Positions 11,001 to 20,297 of a stretch of DNA of 64,000 nucleotides are shown here, piece after piece. A model generated the notes under the pieces. That model was not told the DNA's origin. It saw only the letters and a program-made list of their open reading frames with translations, and made no database searches. The translations under genes were made by a program, and so were the position numbers. This DNA is from a virus. Lineage: Duplodnaviria; Heunggongvirae; Uroviricota; Caudoviricetes. Each line of letters starts with the position of its first letter. Position 1 is the first letter of the stretch. The DNA is taken from positions 259,611 through 323,610 of the IMG/VR virus record IMGVR_UViG_3300035208_004239, one strand, 5' to 3'.

Positions 11001-11385
11001 TGAAAATATATTATCAGTTGCACCATTTAAAGTATGGCTTGATCAAGATGATTTACGACCTAAATTAGTCTATAATAATAGACCAACCTCAATTATTGAT
11101 TGTATTGGTGGAAGTGGTAAAGAAAGAACATTTTCCAGTGTGGTGTTAAAATTTGCATTAAATCAAATTAATGTGAAAGCCAAGCCAACAATATTTTTAC
11201 TTGATGAGGTGATGGGTAAATTGGATTTGGAAGGAAGTGTTGAGGAATTTATTGAAATATTACAACTAATTAAATTAAATATGAAAAAGGTATTAATCAT
11301 TGAACAAGTTCATAATATAGAACCAGACTATTTAATTACTGCACAATTGGATGAAAATGGTATATCATCAATTACTATTGAATAA
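8029..11385 (+). CDS. Mre11/SbcD-Rad50/SbcC single-chain fusion nuclease-ATPase
   Basis: N-terminal metallophosphatase motifs GDIHIR, VGDLVHD, RGNHD, FGDIHRMQ; Walker A GINTAGKTT; long coiled coil with CSQCGQ zinc hook; signature GGSGKERTFSSVVLKFAL; Walker B FLLDEVMGKLD. Likely start at internal Met 8056. Confidence 0.75.
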   Translation: MKNKKLFKLMSIKKICHLGDIHIRKTPTRNSEYEFVFKNLIKSLTEKKPDRIVIVGDLVHDYLDLQGEQLIMANRLLNDLSKIAPVRVTRGNHDCRKKNLKRVDSIKAIVETLNNPEVIYYDKTGFYEDKNINWAVWHHGEIKNNPWKNKEGKHILENPNHFLNIDLFHDPINGCKAVNGFDMKSKSYYKLSDFKGDLSFFGDIHRMQFLDETHTKAYCGSLIAQDIGEGDDNFHGYLLWDVETKTSELISVKNYHSYNNIKISPFTDFDDLDFEIPNPTREMHVRFIWNTLPQTRTKENERKLISYIKSKYSNLIILHKNNFIESENIEINENVTLQNISSKTVQHEIFTEFLEKIGTDANIINDVITLDEEILNEINIDEDVSIEWNIIKFGGINFASYGQLDIDWRDMDGLFQITGINTAGKTTILKLITYILFNKSLETESRLKYGDKRFVNDRNGATYCETYLVLEANGEYFGIKRRTDIIRNKEGEITGAPTKLNHYILSNPDEEMNENTSLEKLDADKRIITQNKLESIIGAYDDFMRIVMTTSDTLNKILSNDMAIFIDSLLSDSGLDIFDKKLEGWKIINKRINEKSRISCNIEIKEMEIATFTEEINLFESNIYDIEIIKLPTIQNKISTGRTYVETLTKKLFKIDPEIYDLNVDTVRKDIRVHQMNINDYNARKIILNDIIIQLKESYNEKQLIKLIEKKEAHKTIEYNKKFEIKTIEQIIRDEEHAIEIINGEIFRLKQDGTKLKTERQNLKNSKICSQCGQIIDKKEHQDHIANNIKIKEIEMFSIAEKINEKEKIDKQNHLNKIEIKKGEIIPIQKSIENSALEMENVLREIGELLNDKNDVDKRKELSTELNQIPILIQNEELKINILQQKINNYENSLKQIEENHNTEKVITAAKQKLLVLESEEFNEKENIFIMKTSVAEKQKKIKENDQLIIDFKAQEYRDSVMNLYKMCVHRDGIPRQMLSNYIIPKINLTLENILSVAPFKVWLDQDDLRPKLVYNNRPTSIIDCIGGSGKERTFSSVVLKFALNQINVKAKPTIFLLDEVMGKLDLEGSVEEFIEILQLIKLNMKKVLIIEQVHNIEPDYLITAQLDENGISSITIE

Positions 11386-11427
11386 TAATGGTTTTTTTAC
11401 TATTTATTGTAAAGAAATTAAATACAT

Positions 11428-12579
11428 ATGGACATAAAAAAATATGATGAGTTAAGAAAAAAAATAAACACTAAAGATTTTGAAAGTAGAAATAATGGAC
11501 TTGATAAATGGTTATGGCGTTTTTCTTTTCTTGGTAATATAAGTGCAGTTTTCTTCGCTTATTTTTTGGTATATCCGGCATTATCAAAAACAATTACAAT
11601 AAATTTTATTTCAGGATTCGGTGGTTTATTAATAGCATTTATTATATCGGTAGCATTTCTTGGGACATTTGAAATAATTAAAAGATATTTTATTAGAAAT
11701 TTTTCTGATGATTATTTCAGTAATAATAAAAAGATTAATTTTCAGATTGGTGGATGGTTTACATTAGCAGTAGTAATTATTTCAATAAGTTTTTATCTTT
11801 CAATTGCTGGATCAAAAAATTTGGCAACAACAAGTATAATAAAAAACGATATAATTGAAACAGAAACCACAACAAACAATAATAAACTTATTACAACATA
11901 TGAATATAAAAAGCAAACATATGTTAATGATAATGAATTACTTCGAAAAATAAATAATGATTTAAGACAAAAATTAACCGAAACCCCAATAAATTATGTT
12001 TCTATACGTAAGGATTATCAAGTAAACATAGACAAAAATATTAAAATTATTGAAGATAATGAACGACAGATTGATAAACTTGATGGGGAATTAATTTCAA
12101 AACAAAATGAATTAAATAAAAAATTTTTAAATGCTAAATCAAACCATCAATCTGAAGACATAAAAAATATTTTTTTATTTATAATTATTGTTGTAGTTAA
12201 TGAAGTTCTTATAATTGGTGGAATCTATTTTAGAGAATATTACGAACATAGATTGTTTGAAATAAATCATCAGAGATTTGAAAAATTATATCAAAAAAAA
12301 GATAGATATCTTGCATTATTATCATTTGTTTATGGTGGTGGTAAATTAACCACCGGAGATAGGGTGATAAGTGGTTTAGAATTAAAAAACATTGTTGCAG
12401 AAAAAGCAAACATTTCGAATTCAAACAAATTAGTTGAAGAGTTCTTGCAAGATATGGATAGATTAGGTATATTTGTTACTGTTGGAAAAAGAAGAAACAT
12501 TTCAGCAACATATAGTGAAGCATCAAATATTATTGAGAAATTTGATGATGCTTTTAGGATAATTGAAAATATGAAATAA
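11428..12579 (+). CDS. hypothetical membrane protein with coiled-coil segment
   Basis: 383 aa; several hydrophobic helices at N-terminus and around residue 250. Confidence 0.4.
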   Translation: MDIKKYDELRKKINTKDFESRNNGLDKWLWRFSFLGNISAVFFAYFLVYPALSKTITINFISGFGGLLIAFIISVAFLGTFEIIKRYFIRNFSDDYFSNNKKINFQIGGWFTLAVVIISISFYLSIAGSKNLATTSIIKNDIIETETTTNNNKLITTYEYKKQTYVNDNELLRKINNDLRQKLTETPINYVSIRKDYQVNIDKNIKIIEDNERQIDKLDGELISKQNELNKKFLNAKSNHQSEDIKNIFLFIIIVVVNEVLIIGGIYFREYYEHRLFEINHQRFEKLYQKKDRYLALLSFVYGGGKLTTGDRVISGLELKNIVAEKANISNSNKLVEEFLQDMDRLGIFVTVGKRRNISATYSEASNIIEKFDDAFRIIENMK

Positions 12580-12580
12580 A

Positions 12581-12745
12581 ATGAGTGACGAAAAAGAAAT
12601 TGCTGAATTAATTAAAAAAGCATTACTAATAGTAGATGAATTATCGTTTTACGATTTTGATGAAATTGATGATCAAGAAAAATTGGAAAAGTTAATTAAG
12701 AAAGCAAAAAATTTAACAAGAAATAAATTATGGAAACTAAAATAA
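12581..12745 (+). CDS. small acidic hypothetical protein
   Basis: 54-aa ORF starting 2 nt after previous stop; overlaps start of next ORF in another frame. Confidence 0.25.
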   Translation: MSDEKEIAELIKKALLIVDELSFYDFDEIDDQEKLEKLIKKAKNLTRNKLWKLK

Positions 12746-13077
12746 AAGATAAATGGTGCACTTATGGTGCATGGGGTAAAAAATCACCAACATTTATCGG
12801 AAAATTACTTGAACAACTTGATAAATCTGGAACAATTTTATATTCAGAATCACAAATGTATCCACCTGAATTATGGGATATGGGTTATGTTGAACTATTT
12901 GATACAGTAGAAGAAGCCATAATTTATATGATGAAAAATGATTTTTATAATAGAAGCTTAAATCGTATAAGAGAAAATTTAAGTTTTCCTTCTGATACAA
13001 ATAATATTGATTGGAACAATTTAAGTAAAATTGAAGAGGAAATAAATGAAAAAAAGATACATGGAATCAAATACTAA
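12730..13077 (+). CDS. hypothetical protein
   Basis: 115-aa ORF. Confidence 0.35.
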   Translation: METKIKDKWCTYGAWGKKSPTFIGKLLEQLDKSGTILYSESQMYPPELWDMGYVELFDTVEEAIIYMMKNDFYNRSLNRIRENLSFPSDTNNIDWNNLSKIEEEINEKKIHGIKY

Positions 13078-13181
13078 ATGAGAAAATATAATAAAGAATT
13101 TAATGCTGCATATCGTAATCAATGGCTTAATGATATTAGTAATCATATGATTAATGGTAAATTAAAATAAAATAGGATGTT

Positions 13182-13625
13182 ATGAATAAATGGGATGGAA
13201 GATTTATTAAATTAGCCGAAGAAGTTAGTTTTTGGAGTAAAGATTTAAGAACTAAAGTTGGTTCAATAATTGTAGATAATGATAATAATCCAATATCTAT
13301 GGGTTATAACGGGTTTGCCCGAAAAATTAATGATGAAATTAATGAAAGATATTTACCTGAAAATAAATTAAAATGGGTTATTCATAGCGAAGCAAATGCA
13401 ATAATTAATTGTGCTCGACATAATCAATGTACTGTTAATACAACAATATATGTTACATTATTTCCATGTAGTAATTGTGCTGGTATGATTGTTAATGCTG
13501 GTATTAAAAGAGTTGTTTGTAAAAATAAACCAGATTTTGATAATGAAAGATGGGGTGAAAATTGGAAAATATCATTAATGATATTAAATGAAGGTGGAGT
13601 AACTATTGATTATTTTAATACATAA
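13182..13625 (+). CDS. dCMP deaminase (cytidine/deoxycytidylate deaminase family)
   Basis: HSEANAI (H-x-E) and PCSNCAGMIVNAGIKRVV (PC-x2-C) zinc-binding motifs, size 147 aa. Confidence 0.8.
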   Translation: MNKWDGRFIKLAEEVSFWSKDLRTKVGSIIVDNDNNPISMGYNGFARKINDEINERYLPENKLKWVIHSEANAIINCARHNQCTVNTTIYVTLFPCSNCAGMIVNAGIKRVVCKNKPDFDNERWGENWKISLMILNEGGVTIDYFNT

Positions 13626-13632
13626 ATAGAAA

Positions 13633-14244
13633 ATGATAATTGATACTACAACATATGAAGTAAAAGGGGTTAATCTACATAAAACACATTGCATTAAGAC
13701 ACAAATTATAATAGCAATGAGTTTAAGAAAAAATAGTTATCACATAATTAGATTAAAAAACAAAGAATTTGGTAATTCAAAAAAATGGAATACTTACACT
13801 ATTTCCAGAGACGGAACAATATATCAACATTATGATCCAAAATTCCATACCGATTTTCTTGGTATTAAAGAAGCTGATAAACAATCAATATCAATAGTAC
13901 TGGAAAATATGGGTTGTTTATTTCGTACTTCAACTAATAAATATATTAATTGGTTGAATGAAGAATGTGATAAAAAAAATGTTGTAGCGTTTGATTATAT
14001 GGGATATAATTTTTGGGAACAATATTCAAATGAACAAATAGAAAGTACTGTTCAATTATGTAAAAAATTATGTGAAGATTTTAATATTCCTAATACAAGT
14101 ATGGAATTTTTTCCATATCATAAAGATACAATTAAATTTAAAGGTATTGTTTTCAGAAGTAATCATATTGAAGATAGTAGTGACATAAATCCGCTCTTTA
14201 ATATTGATAAATTTAATGAAATGTTACATAATGAATTTGTTTAA
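13633..14244 (+). CDS. amidase_2/PGRP-like domain protein (possibly non-catalytic)
   Basis: YTISRDGTIYQHYD and FHTDFLGI...SISIVLENMG resemble T7-lysozyme family core, but C-terminal Zn-ligand Cys absent. Confidence 0.3.
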   Translation: MIIDTTTYEVKGVNLHKTHCIKTQIIIAMSLRKNSYHIIRLKNKEFGNSKKWNTYTISRDGTIYQHYDPKFHTDFLGIKEADKQSISIVLENMGCLFRTSTNKYINWLNEECDKKNVVAFDYMGYNFWEQYSNEQIESTVQLCKKLCEDFNIPNTSMEFFPYHKDTIKFKGIVFRSNHIEDSSDINPLFNIDKFNEMLHNEFV

Positions 14245-14268
14245 AGTATTTATAATAAAATTAAGAAA

Positions 14269-14766
14269 ATGTCTAATAATATAAATACTAAAACAACCCC
14301 CGATCAAATGAGAGTTTTCATGGGAAGAATGCGTAATGGTAAGTATGAAATTGTTGAATCTGAAGAAAAATCTAAAGATTTAGATATTAGAAGTATGCTT
14401 AAAATTACTCGTAATTTAAATGAAGAATTTGATGATCAACATAAAAAATCTTTAAATAAAAAAAATGTTTACGATCAAACAGAAGAAGAAAATAAATTAA
14501 AAACATATTTTGATAATATGAGTGTGAGTATTAAATTTATTGAATTGGAAGTTTATGATGATTTAGTTTTTTGGGGAGGTACAATTAATGGTGTAATTCA
14601 ATTTATATTTAAAGTAACTCCAGATGAGACCACAAGTGGTGTAGAATTTAATTATACTGATGATTTTTCGCCCGATAATCCTGAAAATAATGAAATTATA
14701 AAAAAAATTGAAACATATTATGATTCATTTTATAAATATTGGAGAGATAATATAGTACAACAATAA
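14269..14766 (+). CDS. hypothetical acidic protein
   Basis: 165-aa ORF. Confidence 0.4.
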   Translation: MSNNINTKTTPDQMRVFMGRMRNGKYEIVESEEKSKDLDIRSMLKITRNLNEEFDDQHKKSLNKKNVYDQTEEENKLKTYFDNMSVSIKFIELEVYDDLVFWGGTINGVIQFIFKVTPDETTSGVEFNYTDDFSPDNPENNEIIKKIETYYDSFYKYWRDNIVQQ

Positions 14767-14771
14767 AAATA

Positions 14772-14798
14772 AAACCCGATTATACATCGGGTTTTTTC
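14772..14798 (+). terminator. rho-independent terminator
   Basis: aaacccgat-tatac-atcgggttt hairpin followed by T-run. Confidence 0.6.
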
Positions 14799-14835
14799 AT
14801 AATTATTAAACTATTTATTATAAAAATTTATAATT

Positions 14836-15633
14836 ATGAAAAATCTATCTGAAATAATTAGTGCTTTTTTTAAGAATATAAAAAGTTATATCATTATTAT
14901 TATAATTGCAATAATTGTAATACTGATCACAGTTGTTTATTTTCAACACAATAAAATCATTAAATTAAAAAATAATTATGAGACTGAAATTAAATTAAAG
15001 GATGCATTAATTGATTCTGTTCACACATATCAAAATAAACAGAATGAATGGGTAACAGAAAAACTTACAATACAGGAAGATATTAAAAATCTTGAAAAAA
15101 TAAATAATCAATTAACTGCCTCACAAAAAGAATTAATTAAAAGAATTAAAGAAGTAGAAAAAGAAAATTCAATTATTGCTGCAGCACTTATTGAAACAAA
15201 CGTTATAATTGATTCATTAGAAAAATATAAAATTTATGTTGATACTACAAATAAAAATATTGCATTTAGTGATTCAACAAAAAATCTAAAATATAATATT
15301 TGGGTTGGAAAAGTACTTCCGGCATACAGAGATAGTTCACCCACACTAACTTTTAAAGAATTTATATTACCCAATAAACAATTTATTGATTTTCATTGGA
15401 AAGATGATAAGAAAAAAGGATATCCAATTGCATTTAGTGTTACAAATACTAATGATTATTTTAAAACCGTAAATATTGATAGTTATGCAATTAAACCAAT
15501 AAATAAAGAAGTACTTGATCCAAATGGTTGGCAAAAAATTGGAAATTTCTTTATAAAAAATGGTAAAACAGTTGTAGTATTTTCTGTAGGTGCAGTTGGT
15601 GGAGCAACAGCATTTTGGATATTAACTAAATAA
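14836..15633 (+). CDS. hypothetical membrane-anchored protein with coiled coil
   Basis: N-terminal TM helix IIIIIIAIIVILITVVYF; 265 aa. Confidence 0.4.
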   Translation: MKNLSEIISAFFKNIKSYIIIIIIAIIVILITVVYFQHNKIIKLKNNYETEIKLKDALIDSVHTYQNKQNEWVTEKLTIQEDIKNLEKINNQLTASQKELIKRIKEVEKENSIIAAALIETNVIIDSLEKYKIYVDTTNKNIAFSDSTKNLKYNIWVGKVLPAYRDSSPTLTFKEFILPNKQFIDFHWKDDKKKGYPIAFSVTNTNDYFKTVNIDSYAIKPINKEVLDPNGWQKIGNFFIKNGKTVVVFSVGAVGGATAFWILTK

Positions 15634-15783
15634 ATATACCCACTAATATGTGAACATATTTTATATTAAGAAAAGTAAATAAATAAAATTATGTATTTTT
15701 TATGTATAATTTTAAGTATGTGTTCTTTTAATTAATATCGTTTTTTTGTTTTCAGTAAGTATTTATTATCAAGTAGACATAAT

Positions 15784-15990
15784 ATGGATAATAGTGATAT
15801 TAAGAAAATAGTCAAAGATGAAATTACGAATTTTGTTAGAAATTCTTTGGATATTGAATTAAAAAAAATTCTTAGTAATCTAAATAGTAAATCAAGACAT
15901 GAATTAGCAGATGCAATGAAAAGAGCAATGGAAAGTGTTGTTAAAACACTGTGGATCAAGAGAGATTTTTGGAAGACAGATATAAAATAA
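15784..15990 (+). CDS. small hypothetical protein
   Basis: 68-aa ORF; TAATG stop-start overlap with following large gene. Confidence 0.3.
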   Translation: MDNSDIKKIVKDEITNFVRNSLDIELKKILSNLNSKSRHELADAMKRAMESVVKTLWIKRDFWKTDIK

Positions 15991-18900
15991 TGAACGAAGA
16001 TATTAAATTTAAGTCAACACTTAAAGAACCAGTAAGTGATCAGTCAAAGAAATTTGAAAAAGATTTTAAAAAAACTATGACACAATATAACCCAACAACG
16101 AAATTGAATGAAACTGATACTTTATTAAGTGAAGTAGAGCAATCATTAAAGAAAAAGATTTTTAGTTTGGGTAAAATGGAATCATTAGTTTTTGCTGATC
16201 CTAAATTAACTGCGGTTTATAATCAAATGGCTGAAAATGGTGAAGAAAAATATGGATATCATTATAATGAAACTATTCAAAATATGATATTTAATGATTA
16301 TGTATTAAATAGTCCGAAATATTTACAAAAATATAAAATGGCTATACCGAAAGAAAAGAAAAGAAGAGATAAAAGCGGTATTAATCAATTAAAAAAAGCA
16401 GGAGAAATAACTATGGCAAAAACAAATCCAACTCCTAAACCAATTGTTACTGAAAATGATGAATTACCTACTAAAGTAATGTTTTTGGTTAACGATAGAG
16501 ATCAAAAAAATGCAGATGTTTTTGCATATTTTCCAGAAGAAAATTATGATAATGCTGGTAAATATAAAACTGCTTATTCACATATTGGTCAACACTCTTC
16601 TGCAAGTCCAGAATATGCTGCAGAAAGTAGACCAGCATCACCAGAAGAATACGCTGATCTTAAAGCTGAACTTGAAAGTATTGGTTATAATCTTGATGTA
16701 GTTAATGGTATTGAAGAAACTACAGGTGCTGGAAGTGCTGGTGCATTTGCTCCTGCAATGGGAATACAAAAAAGATCATTTGCAGAAGAAGAAATTGAAG
16801 AATCCACATCAGCAAGTAGTGCTGGTGGTGCTGCTGGATATGTTGGTTATGCAGGTCCTGCTGCTTGGGGTAGTGGTGATTTATTAAAAAAAGGTGAAAC
16901 AAGTCCAACATTAAAAAAACCAATATGGAAAGGTGGAACAGTTATACAAGAAAGTAATTATTTAATTGATCCATCTGGATTTGAAAAATATATTCATTTA
17001 TTAAATGAAGTTGATATATCCTATCAAACAAAATTGGAAAAAAAATCCCCAAATAGACAAGAAAAAGATAATACTATTATTAATAAAACTTCTGCATTTA
17101 CAAGTGATGTGGTAAAAAATTGGAACGATGATGATACTAATCTTGAAATGAATCAATTAAAAACTGGTAATCCGGATAAACCAAATTTTAATACAATGGA
17201 AGAAGAAAAGAATCTTAATGAAAAATCTAAATCGAAAACACAACAACGTTTTATGGGTATGGTTCATGCAGTACAAAAAGGTAAATTAAGTCCTGATAAA
17301 GTTGGTAATAGTGTTGAAAAAGCTGCTGTAAATATGAGTGATAAAGATGCTGAAGATTTTGCAAGCACTAAACATAAAGGATTACCTGAAAAAATTGATG
17401 AAAATTTAGATGCAAAATATTCTCCTGATGAAAATTATAAATTTGTTGTTGAATCAAAATATATTATTGGTTTTCAAGGAAGGGAAGATATTTTATATTT
17501 TAAAACTGAAAGCGTTGCATTAAAATTTGTTAATGAAAAACCTAAAACACGAAAATATTTAGGTATTTATAATATTAAAGATGATACATTAACTATGATA
17601 CAAAATAATGGTAATCCAGACAAATCAAATTTAAGAACAATGGATGAAATTTTAAGTGTACATGATACTGTAGAATATATATCAGATAGAAATGGTGAAA
17701 ATCCTTTTGAATTACAGGGTTCAAAATGGCAATTTGTAAATGCTAAATATCCCGATGGTAAGATAGATATTGGAGTATACAAGTTTGGTCAGGATTTGGT
17801 GTTTGATTATACAAGATGGCGAGAAGAAATGGGATTAGATAAAAATAACAATATTAAAGAAGATACACAAACTATGATACAAAATAATGGAACTTCGATG
17901 TCAAACAAAGCACAACCAACTGGTGAACAACCAAGTGGTATGGGTATGGGCATGCAAACAAGTGGTGGATTACAAGAATCCGATCAAATATCAAATCCTG
18001 TTAAATGGGTTCAAGCACAAAAAGATGCTGAAGGAATGAATGAACACTACAAAAAATTATTAAAAGAAATAAATAGTGAGTTGGAAGCATTTTCAATTCA
18101 TCAAAATAAATTAATGAAAATGAGTGAAGATAGAAAACCATCGTCATTGGTACTTAAAGATCGACTTGGTGATGATAATAAGAAAAATTTTAAATCAGAT
18201 TTACAACAAAGCGGTACTAAAGAAGTAATTGATGTTGAAAAAGAATTACAATATAATGACCAACAAACCGATGTAGGTGATAATCCACAAAAATTGGGTC
18301 AAGATATTGAAAATAAACTTTTATTAAACACAAAAGGTGATGCATTATTAAATGTAGGTGATTCTGATAATGATAAGGGTGATGAAATACCAAAACGTAA
18401 TTTCACTACTGAAGAACAACATGAAGTTGATATGATGCGTCAGGGTCAACAAGATTTGATTTTTGATAATAAACCAAGTAAAAGGTTTGAAGATCGTATG
18501 AAAGCTGATATGGGTGATGCAATGTATAAAATCAGACAAGAAAAAATGAAATACAAAGCAAAAGCACCAATGTATAATAAAGAAGAACAACCTATAGCTG
18601 ATACTGCAGTTAATAAAGTACAATTTGATAAAGAAAAATCTGGCTGGAATGAAAGAGAAGGTTTAGCTGAAACTATGATCACTGGTAGATTTATTGATTT
18701 ATTGGGTAAAAAATATGTGAAGGATTTTAGGTTAAATGAAGCTAAAGAACTAAAAACTTCAACTGGAACTGCTAATCAAACAGGATTATTTGAATTAGAT
18801 TTTACTGGATTTGGTAATAAATATAAAGGTAAAACAGAAAATAAAAAAGTTCTTATTAATGAAGGTATTGAAGCAGTATTATCCGAAAATAAATTTTATA

Positions 18901-19076
18901 CTGATGGTATTAATGTTTTTGTTTTAAAGAATCCTGTTCAAAAATTAAACGAAAATGAACATAAATTTGAAAAACAACCAATAAATGAACAAGTAAATAA
19001 AATGAAACACTTACTTGGTTATAAACCAAATGAGTTTGTGAATACAACTAATGTAAAGAAAAATCGTGGATTTTAA
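15990..19076 (+). CDS. large hypothetical protein (about 1028 aa) with Ala/Gly-rich low-complexity segment and GMGMGMQ motif; possible virion/scaffold protein
   Basis: Long uninterrupted ORF; ATG at 15990 overlaps upstream stop; internal TMIQNNG repeat. Track start at 15951 is an in-frame upstream Met. Confidence 0.55.
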   Translation: MNEDIKFKSTLKEPVSDQSKKFEKDFKKTMTQYNPTTKLNETDTLLSEVEQSLKKKIFSLGKMESLVFADPKLTAVYNQMAENGEEKYGYHYNETIQNMIFNDYVLNSPKYLQKYKMAIPKEKKRRDKSGINQLKKAGEITMAKTNPTPKPIVTENDELPTKVMFLVNDRDQKNADVFAYFPEENYDNAGKYKTAYSHIGQHSSASPEYAAESRPASPEEYADLKAELESIGYNLDVVNGIEETTGAGSAGAFAPAMGIQKRSFAEEEIEESTSASSAGGAAGYVGYAGPAAWGSGDLLKKGETSPTLKKPIWKGGTVIQESNYLIDPSGFEKYIHLLNEVDISYQTKLEKKSPNRQEKDNTIINKTSAFTSDVVKNWNDDDTNLEMNQLKTGNPDKPNFNTMEEEKNLNEKSKSKTQQRFMGMVHAVQKGKLSPDKVGNSVEKAAVNMSDKDAEDFASTKHKGLPEKIDENLDAKYSPDENYKFVVESKYIIGFQGREDILYFKTESVALKFVNEKPKTRKYLGIYNIKDDTLTMIQNNGNPDKSNLRTMDEILSVHDTVEYISDRNGENPFELQGSKWQFVNAKYPDGKIDIGVYKFGQDLVFDYTRWREEMGLDKNNNIKEDTQTMIQNNGTSMSNKAQPTGEQPSGMGMGMQTSGGLQESDQISNPVKWVQAQKDAEGMNEHYKKLLKEINSELEAFSIHQNKLMKMSEDRKPSSLVLKDRLGDDNKKNFKSDLQQSGTKEVIDVEKELQYNDQQTDVGDNPQKLGQDIENKLLLNTKGDALLNVGDSDNDKGDEIPKRNFTTEEQHEVDMMRQGQQDLIFDNKPSKRFEDRMKADMGDAMYKIRQEKMKYKAKAPMYNKEEQPIADTAVNKVQFDKEKSGWNEREGLAETMITGRFIDLLGKKYVKDFRLNEAKELKTSTGTANQTGLFELDFTGFGNKYKGKTENKKVLINEGIEAVLSENKFYTDGINVFVLKNPVQKLNENEHKFEKQPINEQVNKMKHLLGYKPNEFVNTTNVKKNRGF

Positions 19077-19440
19077 AAAAAATATAATTACCAGTGATCA
19101 ATTTTTGAAAGCATATAATAATCATTTACCAAGTGGTTGGATTAAATTTGCATATAAGTATTTTTCAACCGAAACAGTTAATAAAAATATGAAGTTAAAA
19201 AATAGTGTAGTATATATATTAATAAGTTTTTTTATAATTGGTTTTATTGGAACAATTTTGAAAGCACCAAGGATAGTAATTGGAATTGCAACAATATCTT
19301 ATTCAATAATTTTAGCTGTTTTAGTATTATATTTATTTAGTGTAGTAAAATTAAATAATCTCAGAATAAAAAAAATTAGAAATGAACTTGGTGGAATTTC
19401 TGCTGAAGAATATAATAAGTTAGTTGAAATGTATTCATAA
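19066..19440 (+). CDS. putative holin (two TM helices, charged C-terminus)
   Basis: Hydrophobic stretches VVYILISFFIIGFIGTIL and IGIATISYSIILAVLVLYLF; sits directly upstream of the amidase gene. Confidence 0.4.
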   Translation: MDFKKNIITSDQFLKAYNNHLPSGWIKFAYKYFSTETVNKNMKLKNSVVYILISFFIIGFIGTILKAPRIVIGIATISYSIILAVLVLYLFSVVKLNNLRIKKIRNELGGISAEEYNKLVEMYS

Positions 19441-19463
19441 TAAAATTTTTAGTAAATATTAAA

Positions 19464-19491
19464 AGTATCAATTATTTGATACTTTTTTTTT
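19464..19491 (+). terminator. rho-independent terminator-like hairpin
   Basis: agtatcaa/ttgatact 8-bp stem followed by 8 T. Confidence 0.45.
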
Positions 19492-20297
19492 ATCTATTAG
19501 TCTGTATTTATAGAAAAAAGTTAAAAATTATGTTATTCAGTATAAATAAATTTTCGTTGGGTTTGTTGAAAGATACTCTTTCATATGCATCCATCCAAAA
19601 AGATAATGACGCATTTGAATTAATTCAAAACATTAAATTAAATATTAATGATATTATTCAGGTTGATTTTCCTGATAATCAATATTATAAAGAACAAACA
19701 AATAAAAACCAAATAGTTTTACATCATACTGTTTCTGGACAAGGTGTTGATGGGGATATTGCATATTGGAGAAGTACGGTAGAAAGAATCGGAACAGCAA
19801 TTATTGTTGGTTGGGATGGTAAAATATATCAATGTTTCAGTACTAAATATTGGGCACATCATTTAGGAACACATGCCGTAAATAATGTTGCTTTAAATAA
19901 AGCGAGTATTGGAATTGAAATTGATGCTTGGGGTGGTTTAATAAAAAAAGATAATCTATGGTATCCGGCAAAATGGGATGTAATTAAAAAGAAAAATATT
20001 CCCAACACAAAAGTTAAACCAATTCAGAATGTTCAGGAATATCCTAAAGGATTTATGGGATATTATGGTTTTGAAAAATATACTGATGCACAAATTGAAT
20101 CGGTAAGAAAATTATTAGTGTTTTGGAATGAAAAATATAATATTCCTCTTGATTATCATCCTGAAATGTGGAATATTTCTATAAAAGCATTGGGAGGTGT
20201 TCCGGGTATTTGGACACATGTTAGTTACAGGGGAAATGGAAAATCTGATTGTCATCCCGATGAAGGATTGATCAAAATGTTAAAATCGTTAAAATAA
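19476..20297 (+). CDS. N-acetylmuramoyl-L-alanine amidase (T7 lysozyme/PGRP, amidase_2 family) endolysin
   Basis: VLHHTVSGQG, IGTAIIVGWDGKIYQ, NKASIGIEIDAWGG and C-terminal KSDCHPDEG align to T7 lysozyme H17/Y46/H122/K128/C130 region; true start probably internal Met about 19530. Confidence 0.65.
   Translation: MILFFYLLVCIYRKKLKIMLFSINKFSLGLLKDTLSYASIQKDNDAFELIQNIKLNINDIIQVDFPDNQYYKEQTNKNQIVLHHTVSGQGVDGDIAYWRSTVERIGTAIIVGWDGKIYQCFSTKYWAHHLGTHAVNNVALNKASIGIEIDAWGGLIKKDNLWYPAKWDVIKKKNIPNTKVKPIQNVQEYPKGFMGYYGFEKYTDAQIESVRKLLVFWNEKYNIPLDYHPEMWNISIKALGGVPGIWTHVSYRGNGKSDCHPDEGLIKMLKSLK

Noticed and set aside
16510-16923. ORFs 16510-16701 (+), 16705-16887 (+) and 16720-16923 (-)
   Set aside because: They lie inside or antisense to the Ala/Gly-rich segment of the large 15990-19076 gene. 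They are low-complexity (Q/H/L/V-rich) translations typical of out-of-frame GC-rich repeats.
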